A stretch of 62,948 nt of DNA, counting the filler, from Reticulomyxa filosa (taxonomy: Eukaryota; Protista; Foraminifera): the NCBI GenBank assembly GCA_000512085.1. It is 21 parts of 21 records of this genome, joined end to end, with 100 filler letters (N's around TTAATTAATTAA, not from the genome) between each part and the next. Parts side by side here need not be neighbours in the genome. Positions count along the whole stretch, not along the records: positions 60,110 to 61,516 come from ASPP01014199.1; positions 61,617 to 62,948 come from ASPP01004017.1; 19 more parts are not named here. One strand, written 5' to 3'. This document shows, piece after piece, positions 61,405 through 62,948 of this stretch. The translations under genes and the position numbers were made by a program. Positions within the stretch are counted from its first letter, which is position 1; every line of letters starts with the position of its first letter. The notes beneath the pieces are model-generated. The model was not told where the DNA came from, did no database searches, and saw only the letters and a program-made list of their open reading frames with translations.

Positions 61405-62911
61405 TAATTAATTAATTATTATTATTTGTTTGTCATTTTGTTGTTATCTGTCATAGCTTGCTCTCGCGAGTACTCGCTTTGTGCTGCCAAAAAATGCTAT
61501 TTGGTGCGGTTCACAANNNNNNNNNNNNNNNNNNNNNNNNNNNNNNNNNNNNNNNNNNNNTTAATTAATTAANNNNNNNNNNNNNNNNNNNNNNNNNNNN
61601 NNNNNNNNNNNNNNNNTCACAAAAAAATCACAAAGCTGCTTGGTAATGTGACTAAAAACAACTTTAATAGTATCTGATTATTTATAGCGTAAATTTTTTT
61701 CATTTGACATTTCTTGATTGTTTTCAAAATGTTTGTATTGTCAAAATTTGTTTAATAAAGTCAAATGCAAATGTTACGTACGATGAACAATAAAACATTA
61801 TACAACTTTTTTTTATGTCGCTATATGTTTCTTGTATTCAAAGTACTTCGATGCCTTTTTGAAGAAAAAAGATTATATATTCAAAACAACACTAACTCGT
61901 AAACAAAAAATTATCATCTGAAGTCCAGCTCTTGGCGGGGTCGCGCCGTCGTCATTGGGGCAAGGAGGCGCATTTCCATTCCAAGCACACTCTTTTGATT
62001 GTTTTTTTTAATCATATTGTCGAGGACTATTACCAACAAAGACTTACACGTAATGCTTGTTTAAGTCAAATCCACCGTGATTGCTTTTATCATGTCAGAT
62101 AATTGTCGTGTTTTGGGATTGTGTACCTTTTCGACTATCTTTTTCCAATTTGATTGGATACGTCTAGTGGTTGAAAACGTGCAGAAAGCTGTTTGCTCAT
62201 CCAAGAGATGAAATATGATAACAACACATAGGATTGAGAAGGACCATTTGAAGGAGGCAGAAAAGGAAAAGAAAATTGTTTGTTTTCAGGAAACACTGAC
62301 ATGTGAATTTTACGCACGTTATTTTTAAAAAAAGGGAATGCCAATAAGTCTGTGTTTAACTGCTACTGATTATTTGCAGTTCTCCTTCAATAAGAATTGC
62401 AAACAAAAATTTAATTGAATATTGCCAATATTCCATAAATATTAGTCCTTTTTTTCCCCAACTTACAAAAAATTTTGTTTCCTTTGTTTTGTAACAAAAG
62501 GGGAAAATTTTGAAAATGAGCTTTGTGCAATAGTCGAAATTGCTTCATTTGTGTCAACTTAAACTTGATTCATAATTAGATGCCGCTTTGTAACTTTGTT
62601 TTTCTCTGTCTGTGTTAAGAACTGTGAACGACATACTACACAAAAAAACAACGGACATAAAAATGCGACAAATAAACAACGAACAGTAGACAAGCCGATA
62701 TGGCAATGCAAATCAATGGCGACGGAAAAAGATATAGAAAAAGATGATGACGAAGATATTACAGCGTGGAATTGCTGGAAGTTATTGTTATATGCATATT
62801 ATCATTTTGCATGTTTTTGCTGTTTGTTTTTTTTTTTGAGTGCATTACTTTGCAAAGGATTTTTATACGTATACTACATGCAATTTGTTTATATTTGGAA
62901 AGTGATAATGA

Positions 62912-62948
<37 letters not shown>

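Noticed and set aside
11924-61616. Regularly recurring TTAATTAATTAA flanked by Ns, superficially a repeat array or CRISPR
   Set aside because: Identical 100-nt synthetic contig linker with six-frame stops. ORFs ending in X...LIN are artefacts, and gene neighbourhoods across linkers are meaningless.
1-62948. Alternative genetic code or stop-codon readthrough
   Set aside because: Conserved genes end at TAA, TAG and TGA, and other in-frame stops are explained by introns or decay.
62912-62948. Terminal poly-A as an mRNA tail or retrocopy end
   Set aside because: A-runs are common in this genome's introns and at contig ends; no associated element or target-site duplication is visible.

Overview
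This is not one continuous locus. It is 21 short contigs joined by 20 identical 100-nt artificial spacers (N44-TTAATTAATTAA-N44, a six-frame stop linker), so nothing is linked across a spacer. Twenty contigs are AT-rich, intron-containing eukaryotic DNA using the standard code. The expanded kelch-like, serpentine-membrane and decayed-gene families suggest a foraminiferan such as Reticulomyxa; this is my recognition and is unverified. Recognisable genes: a 5' fragment of UPF1, VPS35, two kelch-family paralogues, a PhyH dioxygenase, PITHD1, NDUFA13-like, a p23/CS-domain protein, RagA/B, UVRAG-like, TMEM258, SNU13, an SDR epimerase/reductase, NTAQ1, an SLC12 transporter and an MCM5 pseudogene. 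One contig is a cluster of decayed non-LTR retrotransposons bracketed by ~250-bp inverted repeats. One contig (27859-28997) is high-GC bacterial DNA carrying cysS. Top leads: (1) a phase-consistent 6-exon gene fusing a catalytically dead SIRT6/7-type sirtuin to Myb/SANT and bZIP domains (46616-50230, minus); (2) a leaderless Cys-containing leader peptide overlapping a terminator upstream of the bacterial cysS, a candidate cysteine attenuator; (3) the inverted-repeat-flanked LINE cluster with a conserved GC-rich 5' module; (4) fold-back introns with A-rich rather than pyrimidine-rich 3' splice sites. All homology calls were made by eye from motifs; no searches were run.
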